Below, one piece after another: positions 51,090-60,214 of a stretch of 64,000 bases of DNA. The translations under genes were made by a program, and so were the position numbers. Every line of letters starts with the position of its first letter. Positions within the stretch are counted from its first letter, which is position 1. The notes under the pieces were generated by a model that saw only the letters and a list, made by a program, of their open reading frames with translations, was not told the origin of the DNA and searched no databases. The stretch is taken from assembly GCA_964505415.1 (NCBI GenBank), contig CAZDHW010000006.1, positions 14,878 through 78,877 on the forward strand, given 5' to 3'. This stretch comes from an uncultured bacterium. GTDB taxonomy: Bacteria > Hydrothermota > Tepidihabitantia > Tepidihabitantales > DTDR01.

Positions 51090-51175
51090 TGCCGAAGGAG
51101 GGAGTCGAACCCTCACGGGGTGTCACCCCCAGCGGATTTTGAGTCCGCCGCGTCTTCCAGTTCCGCCACTTCGGC
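51090..51175 (-). tRNA. tRNA-Leu (anticodon CAA)
   Basis: 86 nt with a long variable arm, anticodon loop CUCAAAA and T loop UUCGACU. Confidence 0.9.
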
Positions 51176-51579
51176 ATTTTTAATTATTATAATTAAATAA
51201 TAACCAAAATCAAGATTTAAACCTCCAAGGATTTTTAATAAAAATGATAGAAGGATTAATGACATATCGGAAGAATATGAAATTAATAGTAGTGGAAGGA
51301 ATAAATTCATTAGTAAAGATAAAAGTGCCAAAATTAATAACAAAAAGAATATCAATGATTTTTATAAAGGCACCTATCTTGGTAAAAAGGAAGGGATACA
51401 TCCCTGAATGGTTGGGGCATAGAGTTTAAAAACTTTTTTAACATTTTAGCAAATAGGTAATAAAAGAAATTTTTGCCAACCCTTTAAAAAAAAGAAAAAT
51501 TTTTAAAATGGCTAAAAAATAAATTATAAGTGATGTAAAATTAAATATTTATAAAAATGTGATATATATATTGAAGATA

Positions 51580-51607
51580 TTGACAAAAAAAATTTTTAAA
51601 TTATAAT
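51580..51607 (+). promoter_or_regulatory. Sigma70-like promoter (TTGACA, 16 nt spacer, TATAAT) for the beta-propeller gene
   Basis: TTGACA at 51580-51585 and TATAAT at 51602-51607. Confidence 0.4.
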
Positions 51608-51678
51608 TTTTGCGTGGCAAACATGTGGATGTTAAAAAAAAGAGGGGGGCGGGCATAAATCCCGCCTCTTAAATCTCT

Positions 51679-53070
51679 ATGAAGGAAATATTTTTATTTT
51701 TTTTACCTTTTTTTCTCTATTCTCAAGTTCTTGATACTGTGATTCGTTTCTTTGACGAGCCATCGGGATTGTTTTATATCCCGCAGGATAATGAACTCTA
51801 TATTAACTTCTGCTGGAATAATTATCATTTGGTTTTAGACTGTGCCACTTATCAAATAAAGAAGGCTATCCGAAGAGAGTGTCACTATTATGGGGATGCT
51901 TATGGTGTTTGGAACTGGCGAAGAGATAAGATATATTTTTCATTTAGTCCTTATCCGGAGACTATAGCAGTTATTGACAACAGAACAGATACAATAATAA
52001 AATGGATTGGTGGTATGGAGTTCTACGGTGCTCCTCTTTCCCTTGCTTATAATTCAAAAGAGGATAAGGTTTATGCGGTGGGTTATGGATCTCTGGCAGT
52101 AATTGACTGTGAAACTGACTCCGTAATTAAATTCATTCCTCCCTCACCTTATTTGTTAAGTAGATTTGTCCTTTGGGATTCAATTGGTAACAAGGTCTAT
52201 TGCGGTAGCGCCTGGTCCGATGCGGTTACGGTTATAAATTGTGAAAACGATTCAGTAATTAAAGTAATTAGAACAGGGGCATCAACTCCTTGTCAGGCAA
52301 CATATGCCTACAAGCAAAGAAAGATCTACATCGTAGGTGAGTGGGGACCAAGGGAAGCGGTAATTTGTGCCAAAGGAGATACTCTGATTAAGAACTTAAA
52401 TAAGTTTTTTTATGATGAGTTTCCTCCAATTTATAACCCTCTGGAAGATAAGCTTTATGCCTCAATAGGCGACAGCCTATATGTGATTGATTGCGTAACA
52501 GACTCAATAATTAAAGTTATCGTACCGGGTGACGATATTAATGAGGTGATGTGCTTTTTACCCTGGAGCAACCGTTTATACTTTACAACGACAAATTATA
52601 AAGAAGGGAACTCTTTTAATACCCTTTATGTTTTAGACTGCCGGAATGATTCAATAATTTCTTCTTTGAGATTTGGAGAAGGGGTTTTCTGGATGGCAAC
52701 CAATCCCTTAACCGGACAGGTTTATATATCTGATTTTTGCGAAAGTACTCTTTATGTCTTCCGTGATGAAATAATTGGAATTGAAGAGAATACGGAAAGA
52801 AAGTTTTTTCAAAAATCAAGGCTTTATTCTTATCAAGATAAAATTATAATTTATTATTCAATTATTATACCTTCATTGGTTGAAATTTCCATCTATGACC
52901 TCTACGGTCGAAGAATAAAAAAGCTTTATTCAGGCGATGTTAAGAAGGGAGAATATAAAATCATTTGGGATAAAACTGATTATTCAGGAAGAAAGGTCTC
53001 TTCTGGTATCTACTTTATTATACTAAATAAAGAAAACTCAAAAGAAAGGCTAAAAGTGATAATTTATTAA
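51679..53070 (+). CDS. YVTN-type beta-propeller repeat protein with a T9SS/FlgD-like C-terminal sorting domain
   Basis: Repeated ...VIDCETDSVIK..., VINCENDSVIKVI, YVIDCVTDSIIKVI and YVLDCRNDSII blades. C-terminus ISIYDLYGRRIKKLYSGDVKKGEYKIIWDKTDYSGRKVSSGIYFIIL...VIIY matches the Por/T9SS C-terminal domain pattern. Confidence 0.6.
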   Translation: MKEIFLFFLPFFLYSQVLDTVIRFFDEPSGLFYIPQDNELYINFCWNNYHLVLDCATYQIKKAIRRECHYYGDAYGVWNWRRDKIYFSFSPYPETIAVIDNRTDTIIKWIGGMEFYGAPLSLAYNSKEDKVYAVGYGSLAVIDCETDSVIKFIPPSPYLLSRFVLWDSIGNKVYCGSAWSDAVTVINCENDSVIKVIRTGASTPCQATYAYKQRKIYIVGEWGPREAVICAKGDTLIKNLNKFFYDEFPPIYNPLEDKLYASIGDSLYVIDCVTDSIIKVIVPGDDINEVMCFLPWSNRLYFTTTNYKEGNSFNTLYVLDCRNDSIISSLRFGEGVFWMATNPLTGQVYISDFCESTLYVFRDEIIGIEENTERKFFQKSRLYSYQDKIIIYYSIIIPSLVEISIYDLYGRRIKKLYSGDVKKGEYKIIWDKTDYSGRKVSSGIYFIILNKENSKERLKVIIY

Positions 53071-53326
53071 ATAACTAAACTTAATTTTAAAAAATTGTGT
53101 TAATTTTAAGGGATTTTTGGTATATAGTTTAATAAAAATCTTACCACAAAAAGGGTGAGGGAAATGGTAATGAGCGTTAATAATTTTTTCCTTTTTAAAG
53201 AAATTCAATATATTGGAAAAGAATAAATTTATTTAAAAAGTTAATCTGAAATAGAAAATATGGGAATTATAGAAAAGAGATAAGAGGTAGCTCTTGTATC
53301 GCTGGGTTCTTAAAAATTTTTTCTTT

Positions 53327-53355
53327 TTGACAAAAGATAAATTTTTATACATAAT
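53327..53355 (+). promoter_or_regulatory. Promoter (TTGACA, 17 nt spacer, CATAAT) placing the TSS at or near the ATG; possible leaderless mRNA
   Basis: The -10 ends 5 nt before the ATG at 53361 and there is no SD. Confidence 0.35.
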
Positions 53356-53360
53356 TTTCT

Positions 53361-54284
53361 ATGCTTTTACCTTTAAATCTTACGAAGAAGAATACGCCCA
53401 TTGAAAGGTATAAATATAAAAATTTTACTATCCATATAAAAAGAGATGATTTAAACGGTTTAATTGATAGCGGTAATAAAGCAAGAAAATTGGAATATCT
53501 TTTAGCTGACGCGCAAGAAAGGAAGGCCGATATTATTATTACTGCTGGTTATTGGCAATCAAACCATTGCCGAATAACTGCTTATTTTTCTGCCAAATTG
53601 GGTTTTAAAGTAATTCTTATTTTGAAAAGTCAGAAGAAAAAGATTGAGAAAGAAGGAAATCTTTTGTTAGATTATCTTTTTGGTGCCAAAATCCATTTTT
53701 TGAGTGATAAAGAATATAAAGAAAAAGAAAACTATGTTGAAGAGTTGATAAGGAAGTTGAAAAAGAGGGGTTTTAACCCTTATTATATTCCCCCTGGCGG
53801 TTCAAATGAAATCGGTATTTTGGGTTATCGGGACTGTTTTTTTGAGGTTGTTGGTTATTTAAAAGAAAATAAAATAGACAGTATTTTTTGTGCGGTTGGT
53901 AGCGGCGGTACCTATGCTGGTTTACTTTACGGAAAGATTTTGAAAGATATAAAAATTCCTATTTACGGAATCTTGGTTGACGAAAATATTGATTATTTTA
54001 AAAATAAAATCAAAGATATTCTTTTAAAATTAAATATTAAAGTTAGTGAGAAGGAATTAAATCTTATTGATGGTTATCTTGGTAAGGGCTACGGAATTCC
54101 TTATAAGGAAGAAATTATAATGGTAAAAGAATGGGCAAAAAGAGGAATTATTTTTGAGTTAACTTATACCGGTAAAGCCTTTTACGGAATGTTAAAGGAA
54201 TTAGAAAGGAATAATATTAAAAATCCTTTATTTATTCATACTGGCGGAATCTTTTCTATTTTTGCTTATAAAAATTATTTATGA
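53361..54284 (+). CDS. PLP-dependent ACC deaminase / D-cysteine desulfhydrase family protein
   Basis: TPIERYK...IKRDDLNGLIDSGNKARKLEYLL and QSNH motifs. Confidence 0.7.
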   Translation: MLLPLNLTKKNTPIERYKYKNFTIHIKRDDLNGLIDSGNKARKLEYLLADAQERKADIIITAGYWQSNHCRITAYFSAKLGFKVILILKSQKKKIEKEGNLLLDYLFGAKIHFLSDKEYKEKENYVEELIRKLKKRGFNPYYIPPGGSNEIGILGYRDCFFEVVGYLKENKIDSIFCAVGSGGTYAGLLYGKILKDIKIPIYGILVDENIDYFKNKIKDILLKLNIKVSEKELNLIDGYLGKGYGIPYKEEIIMVKEWAKRGIIFELTYTGKAFYGMLKELERNNIKNPLFIHTGGIFSIFAYKNYL

Positions 54285-55138
54285 GAATAATCGTTACTGG
54301 AGCTACGGGTCTTTTGGGAAGTGAGGTTGTAAAATTTCTTAAAAATAAAAATTATGAAGTTATTTGTTGGCATTCTAAAAATCAGGATATTACTAATATC
54401 AATGAGACCATTGATAATATAAAAAAAATAAAACCCCACGCAATTATTCATTTGGCAGCTTTTACTAATGTTGATAAATGTGAGGAGGAAAAAGGAAAGG
54501 CATTTCTTATTAACACTCAAGGTAGTTGGGCAGTTGCTTTGGGAGCAAAAGAGGTAAAAGCAACTTTAATCCATTTTTCTACCGATTATGTTTTTGATGG
54601 TACAAAAGAAACACCTTATTACGAAATTGATAAGCCTAATCCAATAAATTATTACGGAATGACTAAATTTTTGGCTGAGAAGAAGATAATGGAGACTTTA
54701 AAGAAATATTTTATCGTGCGGACTTCCCTTCTTTTTGGAAGAAAGCGAGAGAATTTTGTTTTGAAAGTATATGAAAAAGGGAAAGAAAAAGAAAAGATTT
54801 TTGCTCCCACCGATCTAACAACTTCACCAACCTACGTGAAAGATTTATTAATTCCTATTGAGAAATTATTAAAAAGTGAAGAATACGGTATTTATCATAT
54901 TGTTAATACCGGTTATTTCTCACGCTACGAGTTGGCTAAAAAGATTGTGGAATTGGCAAATTTTGATTGCGAAGTAATACCGATAAGTCAAAAAGATAGC
55001 GGTTTTAAAGCAATAAGACCAAAATTTTCCGCCTTAGCCAATACCAAATATGAGCTTAATTTCAATCACAGATTAAGAAGTTGTGAAGAGGCTTTGAGAG
55101 AATTTATCAATGAGTTATTAAATGAAGAAAAAATTTAA
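54281..55138 (+). CDS. rfbD: dTDP-4-dehydrorhamnose reductase
   Basis: MRIIVTGATGLLG Rossmann motif and the YxxxK region (YGMTK); 285 aa. Confidence 0.7.
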   Translation: MRIIVTGATGLLGSEVVKFLKNKNYEVICWHSKNQDITNINETIDNIKKIKPHAIIHLAAFTNVDKCEEEKGKAFLINTQGSWAVALGAKEVKATLIHFSTDYVFDGTKETPYYEIDKPNPINYYGMTKFLAEKKIMETLKKYFIVRTSLLFGRKRENFVLKVYEKGKEKEKIFAPTDLTTSPTYVKDLLIPIEKLLKSEEYGIYHIVNTGYFSRYELAKKIVELANFDCEVIPISQKDSGFKAIRPKFSALANTKYELNFNHRLRSCEEALREFINELLNEEKI

Positions 55139-55532
55139 AATAAAACAACCCTTTTTAGCAGTCGACTGTATTATCAATTATAAAAATAAGCTTCTTTTGA
55201 TTGAAAGAAAAAACTATCCTTTTGGTTGGGCTTTGGTTGGTGGTTTTGTGGAATATGGTGAAACAACTGAACAAGCAATAAAAAGAGAGGTGAAAGAAGA
55301 GGTTGGACTTAGGTTAAAAAATTTAAAACTTTTTAATGTCTATTCTCACCCAAAAAGAGACCCAAGGGGTCATTGTGTTTCTATTGTTTATACTGCTTTA
55401 GGAGTAGGTAAAATAAAAGTTAGTAGTGATGCCAAAAATTACGGATTGTTTGAATTAACCAAATTACCTTCTAAAATGGCTTTTGACCACAAAAAGATTT
55501 TGAACGATTATCTAAAAAGCCTCAAAAAATAA
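55122..55532 (+). CDS. NUDIX hydrolase
   Basis: Nudix box GGFVEYGETTEQAIKREVKEEVGL. Confidence 0.8.
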   Translation: MKKKFKIKQPFLAVDCIINYKNKLLLIERKNYPFGWALVGGFVEYGETTEQAIKREVKEEVGLRLKNLKLFNVYSHPKRDPRGHCVSIVYTALGVGKIKVSSDAKNYGLFELTKLPSKMAFDHKKILNDYLKSLKK

Positions 55533-55589
55533 TTTTTGTTACCCAAAAATTTTTATTGAAAAAAGGCTTTTTATCAATATAATTCTTAT

Positions 55590-56153
55590 ATGAAAAAAAT
55601 AATATTTGGATTTTTAATAATTGGCTATCTTTATCCTTGTATTATCACTTTTTCTTCTAAGGAGTTGAAAGGTAAAGTTGGTGAAATAAAGACAATCGTT
55701 GTGGAAGTAAAAAATATTCACACCCCTTGTTTATTGCCAATTGAAGAAAGTAATTTTGAGTTTGAAAATGTGAAGTTGGTATCTGAAAGTAAATGGGATA
55801 CTATAAAACCCAATCTCTTTAAAAAAATAATAACTATTCAACTTTTAAAAGAAGGAAAAGGGAGCCTAAAAGTAAAAAGAAGTTGTCCGATTCAAACTTC
55901 ATCTGCCAAGCTTGACATTGTAATTGAAAAAAGAGATTTCAAAGAACTAAAAAATGAAGTTAAAAATCTAATAAAAAAAATAATCTTGGGCGAAGAGATA
56001 AGTTTTAATTATCTGCTTATCACCTTAGAAGAATTTATTAATACCTACGAAAAAAAGAAGATAAAAAATGAAAAGGAATTATATTCAATAGCAAAAGAAA
56101 TTTATAGTTATCTTTTAAAAATAAAGGCGATTTGTGAAAAAGAAAAGGAATGA
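55590..56153 (+). CDS. Hypothetical lipoprotein, translationally coupled to cobO
   Basis: Signal peptide with Cys (LYPCIIT); the stop overlaps the cobO start (ATGA). Confidence 0.45.
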   Translation: MKKIIFGFLIIGYLYPCIITFSSKELKGKVGEIKTIVVEVKNIHTPCLLPIEESNFEFENVKLVSESKWDTIKPNLFKKIITIQLLKEGKGSLKVKRSCPIQTSSAKLDIVIEKRDFKELKNEVKNLIKKIILGEEISFNYLLITLEEFINTYEKKKIKNEKELYSIAKEIYSYLLKIKAICEKEKE

Positions 56154-56659
56154 TCCAAATTTATACCGGCAATGGCAAAGGGAAGACCACAGCGGCAATT
56201 GGTTTGGGAATAAGAGCTATTGGTCACGGTTATAAAGTTCTTATGGTTCAATTTATGAAAGGTGAAGAAGTTTACGGAGAAATTAAAGCCCTAAAAAAAA
56301 TTCCCAATTTTGATGTTTATCAATTTGGATTAAAAACCTTTGTGAAAAAAGGCGATTTGAAAAAAGAGGAAATTGAAATTGCTAAAAAGGGATTTGAATT
56401 TGCTCAAGAAAAAATTAAAAGTAAAGAATATTTTTTGGTGATTTTGGATGAGATAAATGTGGCTGTTGATTACGGTTTAATTCCTTTAAAGGATGTTATT
56501 GAATTAATAAAAAATTGTCCCAAGGAAGTGGAATTGGTTTTAACTGGAAGGTATTGTCCCAAAGAGTTATACGATTATGCTGATTTAGTAAGTGAAATTA
56601 ACGAAATAAAACATCCTTTCCAAAAAGGAATTTTTAATAGGAGAGGAATTGACTATTAG
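56150..56659 (+). CDS. cobO: Cob(I)yrinic acid a,c-diamide (corrinoid) adenosyltransferase CobO/BtuR type
   Basis: MIQIYTGNGKGKTTAAIG P-loop. Confidence 0.85.
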   Translation: MIQIYTGNGKGKTTAAIGLGIRAIGHGYKVLMVQFMKGEEVYGEIKALKKIPNFDVYQFGLKTFVKKGDLKKEEIEIAKKGFEFAQEKIKSKEYFLVILDEINVAVDYGLIPLKDVIELIKNCPKEVELVLTGRYCPKELYDYADLVSEINEIKHPFQKGIFNRRGIDY

Positions 56660-57599
56660 TGAATATTTAAAAAAATTTGAAGAAAAAGATATTCGGGCAT
56701 TAAGTAAAATAATTACCATTGTGGAGGAAGGGTTAGAAGGAAGTGAAGAGATATTAGATTATATAAGTAAAAAAACTGGCAAGGCTTATCGCCTTGGATT
56801 TACCGGTCCCCAAGGAAGTGGAAAAAGTACGCTTATCGCTAAATTAACCAAAAACCTGCTTCAAAGAAAAAAAAGAATCGGAATAATTGCTTGTGACCCT
56901 TCTTCTCCTTTTTCCCGTGGCGCTTTATTGGGTGATAGAATTAGGATGAGCGAGCTATTTTTGGAAAAAGAAGTTTTTATCCGAAGTATGGCAACCAGGG
57001 GAAGTTTGAATGGTTTGGCTTATAAAACCAAAGAGGTAGCGGATATTCTTGATGCCTTTGGTAAAGAAGTGATAATTATTGAGACGATTGGTGCTTCCCA
57101 AGTGGATGTGGAGATTAGTAATTTAGTTGATACCACGGTTGTTGTTTTTGTGCCTGAGTCGGGTGATGGGATTCAAATTTTAAAGGCTGGTTTAACTGAG
57201 ATTGGTGATATTTTTGTTATTAATAAATCAGATAGAATGGGAGCCGATGTTTTGTATTATGAGTTAAAAAATCTTATTGAAATGTCTTATCAAAATAGTA
57301 AATGGAAACCACCGGTTCTTCTCACCCAAGCGATTAACAATCAAGGAATTGAAGAATTGGAAAAAGCTATTTTTGAACATTATAATTATTTAAAAGAGAA
57401 TGACCTTTTGCAAGAGAAAAGAAAAAATATGTTAAAAAGGGAGTTAGCTAACAATTTTGAACAGGAGATTTTGAAGATTTATTGGCAAGATGAAAGAATC
57501 AGAAAAAAATTTGACGAAATTTTTTTAGAAATCCTTAATAAAAAAATTAGTTTTTCTGAAGGAGTTAAAAAGTTGTTAAAGGAGGTGAAGAATGACTGA
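56649..57599 (+). CDS. meaB: Methylmalonyl-CoA mutase-associated GTPase MeaB/ArgK
   Basis: [13 protein letters not shown]-loop, ETIGASQ and NKSD motifs. Confidence 0.85.
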   Translation: MTISEYLKKFEEKDIRALSKIITIVEEGLEGSEEILDYISKKTGKAYRLGFTGPQGSGKSTLIAKLTKNLLQRKKRIGIIACDPSSPFSRGALLGDRIRMSELFLEKEVFIRSMATRGSLNGLAYKTKEVADILDAFGKEVIIIETIGASQVDVEISNLVDTTVVVFVPESGDGIQILKAGLTEIGDIFVINKSDRMGADVLYYELKNLIEMSYQNSKWKPPVLLTQAINNQGIEELEKAIFEHYNYLKENDLLQEKRKNMLKRELANNFEQEILKIYWQDERIRKKFDEIFLEILNKKISFSEGVKKLLKEVKND

Positions 57600-59259
57600 G
57601 AAAGAGCGAGAAGAATTAGAAAAAGAATATCACCTATGGGAAGAAAAATTAAAAGATTTTCCTCAATGTAGCTTACCTTTATTTAACACTATTTCTAATC
57701 TTCCTTTAAAAATAGTTTACACTCCTTTAGATATAAAAGATTTTGATTATCTGCGAGATTTAGGTTTTCCCGGAGAATATCCTTTTACTCGAGGAATAAG
57801 ATACACTATGTATCGTGGAAGAATTTGGACGATGCGACAATTTTCCGGATTCGGTACGGCTGAAGATACTAATAAACGGTTTAAATTTCTTTTAGCTCAC
57901 GGAGAAACTGGTCTTTCGGTTGCCTTTGATTATCCCACTTTATTAGGAAAAGATTCGGACGATCCGATGGCGAAAGGTGAGGTTGGTGTTTGTGGGGTTG
58001 CGGTTTCTTCCTTAAAGGATATGGAAATTCTTTTTGACGGAATTCCTTTAGACCAAGTTTCTACCTCAATGACAATCAACGGGCCAGCAGCAATCATTTG
58101 GGCTTTTTATTTAATCACTGCCGAAAAACAGGGTGTACCTTTTTATAAATTGCGAGGTACTATCCAAAACGATATTCTAAAAGAATATATTGCTCAAAAA
58201 TCTTATATTTTTCCACCAGAGCCTTCTTTAAGAATAATTGTGGATATTATGGAATTTGCTTCTAAAGAAGTTCCTCAATGGAATACTATTTCCATTAGCG
58301 GTTATCATATTCGAGAAGCAGGTTCAACGGCCGTTCAAGAATTAGCTTTTACTTTAATGGACGGTTTTACCTATGTAGAAGAAGGAATAAAAAGGGGGTT
58401 AGATGTTGATACTTTCGCTCCCCGGCTTTCTTTCTTTTTCAATTCCCATTTAGACTTTTTTGAAGAGATTGCCAAATTTCGTGCCGCCCGCCGGATCTGG
58501 GCAAGAGAGATGAAAAACCGTTATGGTGCTAAGAAAAAAGAGTCCCTTTTATTAAGATTCCATACGCAAACCGCTGGCTGTTCTTTAACTGCTCAACAAC
58601 CGGAGAATAATATTATTAGAACAGCTTATGAAGCATTAGCAGCCGTTTTAGGCGGAACCCAGAGTCTTCATACTAATTCGATGGATGAAGCTTGGGCTTT
58701 ACCTTCAGAAAAAGCAGTATTAATTGCTTTAAGAACCCAACAAATTCTTGCTTATGAAACTGGGGTAGTAAATGTTATTGATCCCTTAGGCGGTTCTTAT
58801 TATGTGGAATATTTAACGAACAAATTAGAAGAAGAAGCTTATAAATACTTTGAGAAGATTGAAAAGATGGGCGGTATGGTTCAAGCGATAAAAGCCGGTT
58901 TTCCCCAAAGGGAAATTGCCGAAGCTGCCTATCGTTACCAAAAAGAGCTTGAAGAGAAAAAAAGGATTATTGTGGGTGTTAATGAGTTTGTTTTAGAAGA
59001 TGAAAAATTAGAAATTCCTTTGTTAAGAATTGACCCAGAAGTTGAACGAAGACAGGTAGAGAGACTTCAAAAATTAAGAAAGGAAAGAGATAACATTATC
59101 TGCGAAAAGAGATTAAAAGAATTAAAAATGGCAGCAAAAAGTAACGAAAATTTGATGTATCCAATATTAGAATGTGCTCGTGCCTATTGCACTCTTGGGG
59201 AAATAACCAACGCCTTAAAAGAAGTTTTTGGTGAATATAAAGAAGAGGCATTCTTTTAA
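57592..59259 (+). CDS. Methylmalonyl-CoA mutase large (catalytic, TIM-barrel) subunit
   Basis: [24 protein letters not shown] and [20 protein letters not shown] motifs. Confidence 0.9.
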   Translation: MTEKEREELEKEYHLWEEKLKDFPQCSLPLFNTISNLPLKIVYTPLDIKDFDYLRDLGFPGEYPFTRGIRYTMYRGRIWTMRQFSGFGTAEDTNKRFKFLLAHGETGLSVAFDYPTLLGKDSDDPMAKGEVGVCGVAVSSLKDMEILFDGIPLDQVSTSMTINGPAAIIWAFYLITAEKQGVPFYKLRGTIQNDILKEYIAQKSYIFPPEPSLRIIVDIMEFASKEVPQWNTISISGYHIREAGSTAVQELAFTLMDGFTYVEEGIKRGLDVDTFAPRLSFFFNSHLDFFEEIAKFRAARRIWAREMKNRYGAKKKESLLLRFHTQTAGCSLTAQQPENNIIRTAYEALAAVLGGTQSLHTNSMDEAWALPSEKAVLIALRTQQILAYETGVVNVIDPLGGSYYVEYLTNKLEEEAYKYFEKIEKMGGMVQAIKAGFPQREIAEAAYRYQKELEEKKRIIVGVNEFVLEDEKLEIPLLRIDPEVERRQVERLQKLRKERDNIICEKRLKELKMAAKSNENLMYPILECARAYCTLGEITNALKEVFGEYKEEAFF

Positions 59260-59264
59260 TTCTA

Positions 59265-59678
59265 ATGGGAGGGGTTATGAAAAAGAAAATTAAAATTTTG
59301 ATTGCCAAGCCAGGATTAGATGGCCATGACCGGGGAGCAAAAGTTGTTGCCCGGGGTTTAAGAGATGCTGGTTTTGAAGTTATTTATACTGGTCTTCACC
59401 AAACCCCAGAAATGATTGTTAATACTGCTATTCAAGAAGATGTGGATATGATAGGTATCAGTATTCTTTCGGGAGCCCACATGACAATATTTCCGGAAGT
59501 TCTTCGCCTGTTAAAAGAAAAAGGTGCGACCGATATCCATGTGTTTGGTGGCGGGATTATTCCGGACGAAGATAAAGAAAAACTTTATCAAATGGGTGTG
59601 GGAAAACTTTTTGACCCGGGGACAAAGATTTCCGAGATTGTTGAATATATTAATAATTACTTTAAAGATAAATCGTAA
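59265..59678 (+). CDS. Methylmalonyl-CoA mutase B12-binding subunit
   Basis: DGHDRG cobalamin-binding motif ([14 protein letters not shown]). Confidence 0.85.
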   Translation: MGGVMKKKIKILIAKPGLDGHDRGAKVVARGLRDAGFEVIYTGLHQTPEMIVNTAIQEDVDMIGISILSGAHMTIFPEVLRLLKEKGATDIHVFGGGIIPDEDKEKLYQMGVGKLFDPGTKISEIVEYINNYFKDKS

Positions 59679-60214
59679 CTTTCAATAACTTCGTAAATAG
59701 GACCTTTACTGGTTAGAATGCTTTTAAAAAGGGTAATTTTATTAATCAAAAATTCTTTACTTTGATATTTTAAAGAAAGATATTTTTCACAATTTAAGGA
59801 TTCCCTAAATCTCCCAATTGTTAAATGGGGAAAAAATTCCCGTTCTTCGGGTTTAAAGCCAATATTTTTAAGGTTTTCTTTTAGTTTTTCTGCAATTTGA
59901 ACAATCAAATCTTTATTTTTCTCTATACCAATCCAAAAGACCCTGGGTTTTTTAGCATTGGGGAAAAAACCAAAATCTTTAAGATTTGTCGGAAAAGATT
60001 TAAATCCCTTAGCCATATTTTTTAATATCTCTTTTACCTTTGCCAAAAAGGTTAAATCCCTTTCACCTAAGAAGATTAAAGTTATATGGAGATTTTCTTT
60101 TTCCACCCATTTTACTGGCAAATTATCTTTTTTAAAATTTTCAATATGCTGATAGATTTCAGCTTTTATTTCTTGAGGAATTTCTAAGGCAATAAACGAA
60201 CGAATTTCAGCCAT
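59657..60214 (-). CDS. thpR: RNA 2',3'-cyclic phosphodiesterase (2H family, ThpR/LigT)
   Basis: Two HxT/S motifs ([15 protein letters not shown]). Confidence 0.75.
   Translation of the reverse strand: MAEIRSFIALEIPQEIKAEIYQHIENFKKDNLPVKWVEKENLHITLIFLGERDLTFLAKVKEILKNMAKGFKSFPTNLKDFGFFPNAKKPRVFWIGIEKNKDLIVQIAEKLKENLKNIGFKPEEREFFPHLTIGRFRESLNCEKYLSLKYQSKEFLINKITLFKSILTSKGPIYEVIESYDLSLK

Noticed and set aside
50750-51183. ORFs 50750-51070 (minus) and 50932-51183 (plus) in the GC-rich stretch
   Set aside because: They overlap the cobalamin riboswitch and tRNA-Leu. Their GC-rich, low-complexity translations are artefacts of structured RNA.
51244-51429. 61 aa basic ORF in the 500 bp AT-rich gap between tRNA-Leu and the propeller gene
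   Set aside because: It has a weak SD-like sequence, no recognisable family, and overlaps antisense ORFs. Such ORFs are common by chance in AT-rich DNA.
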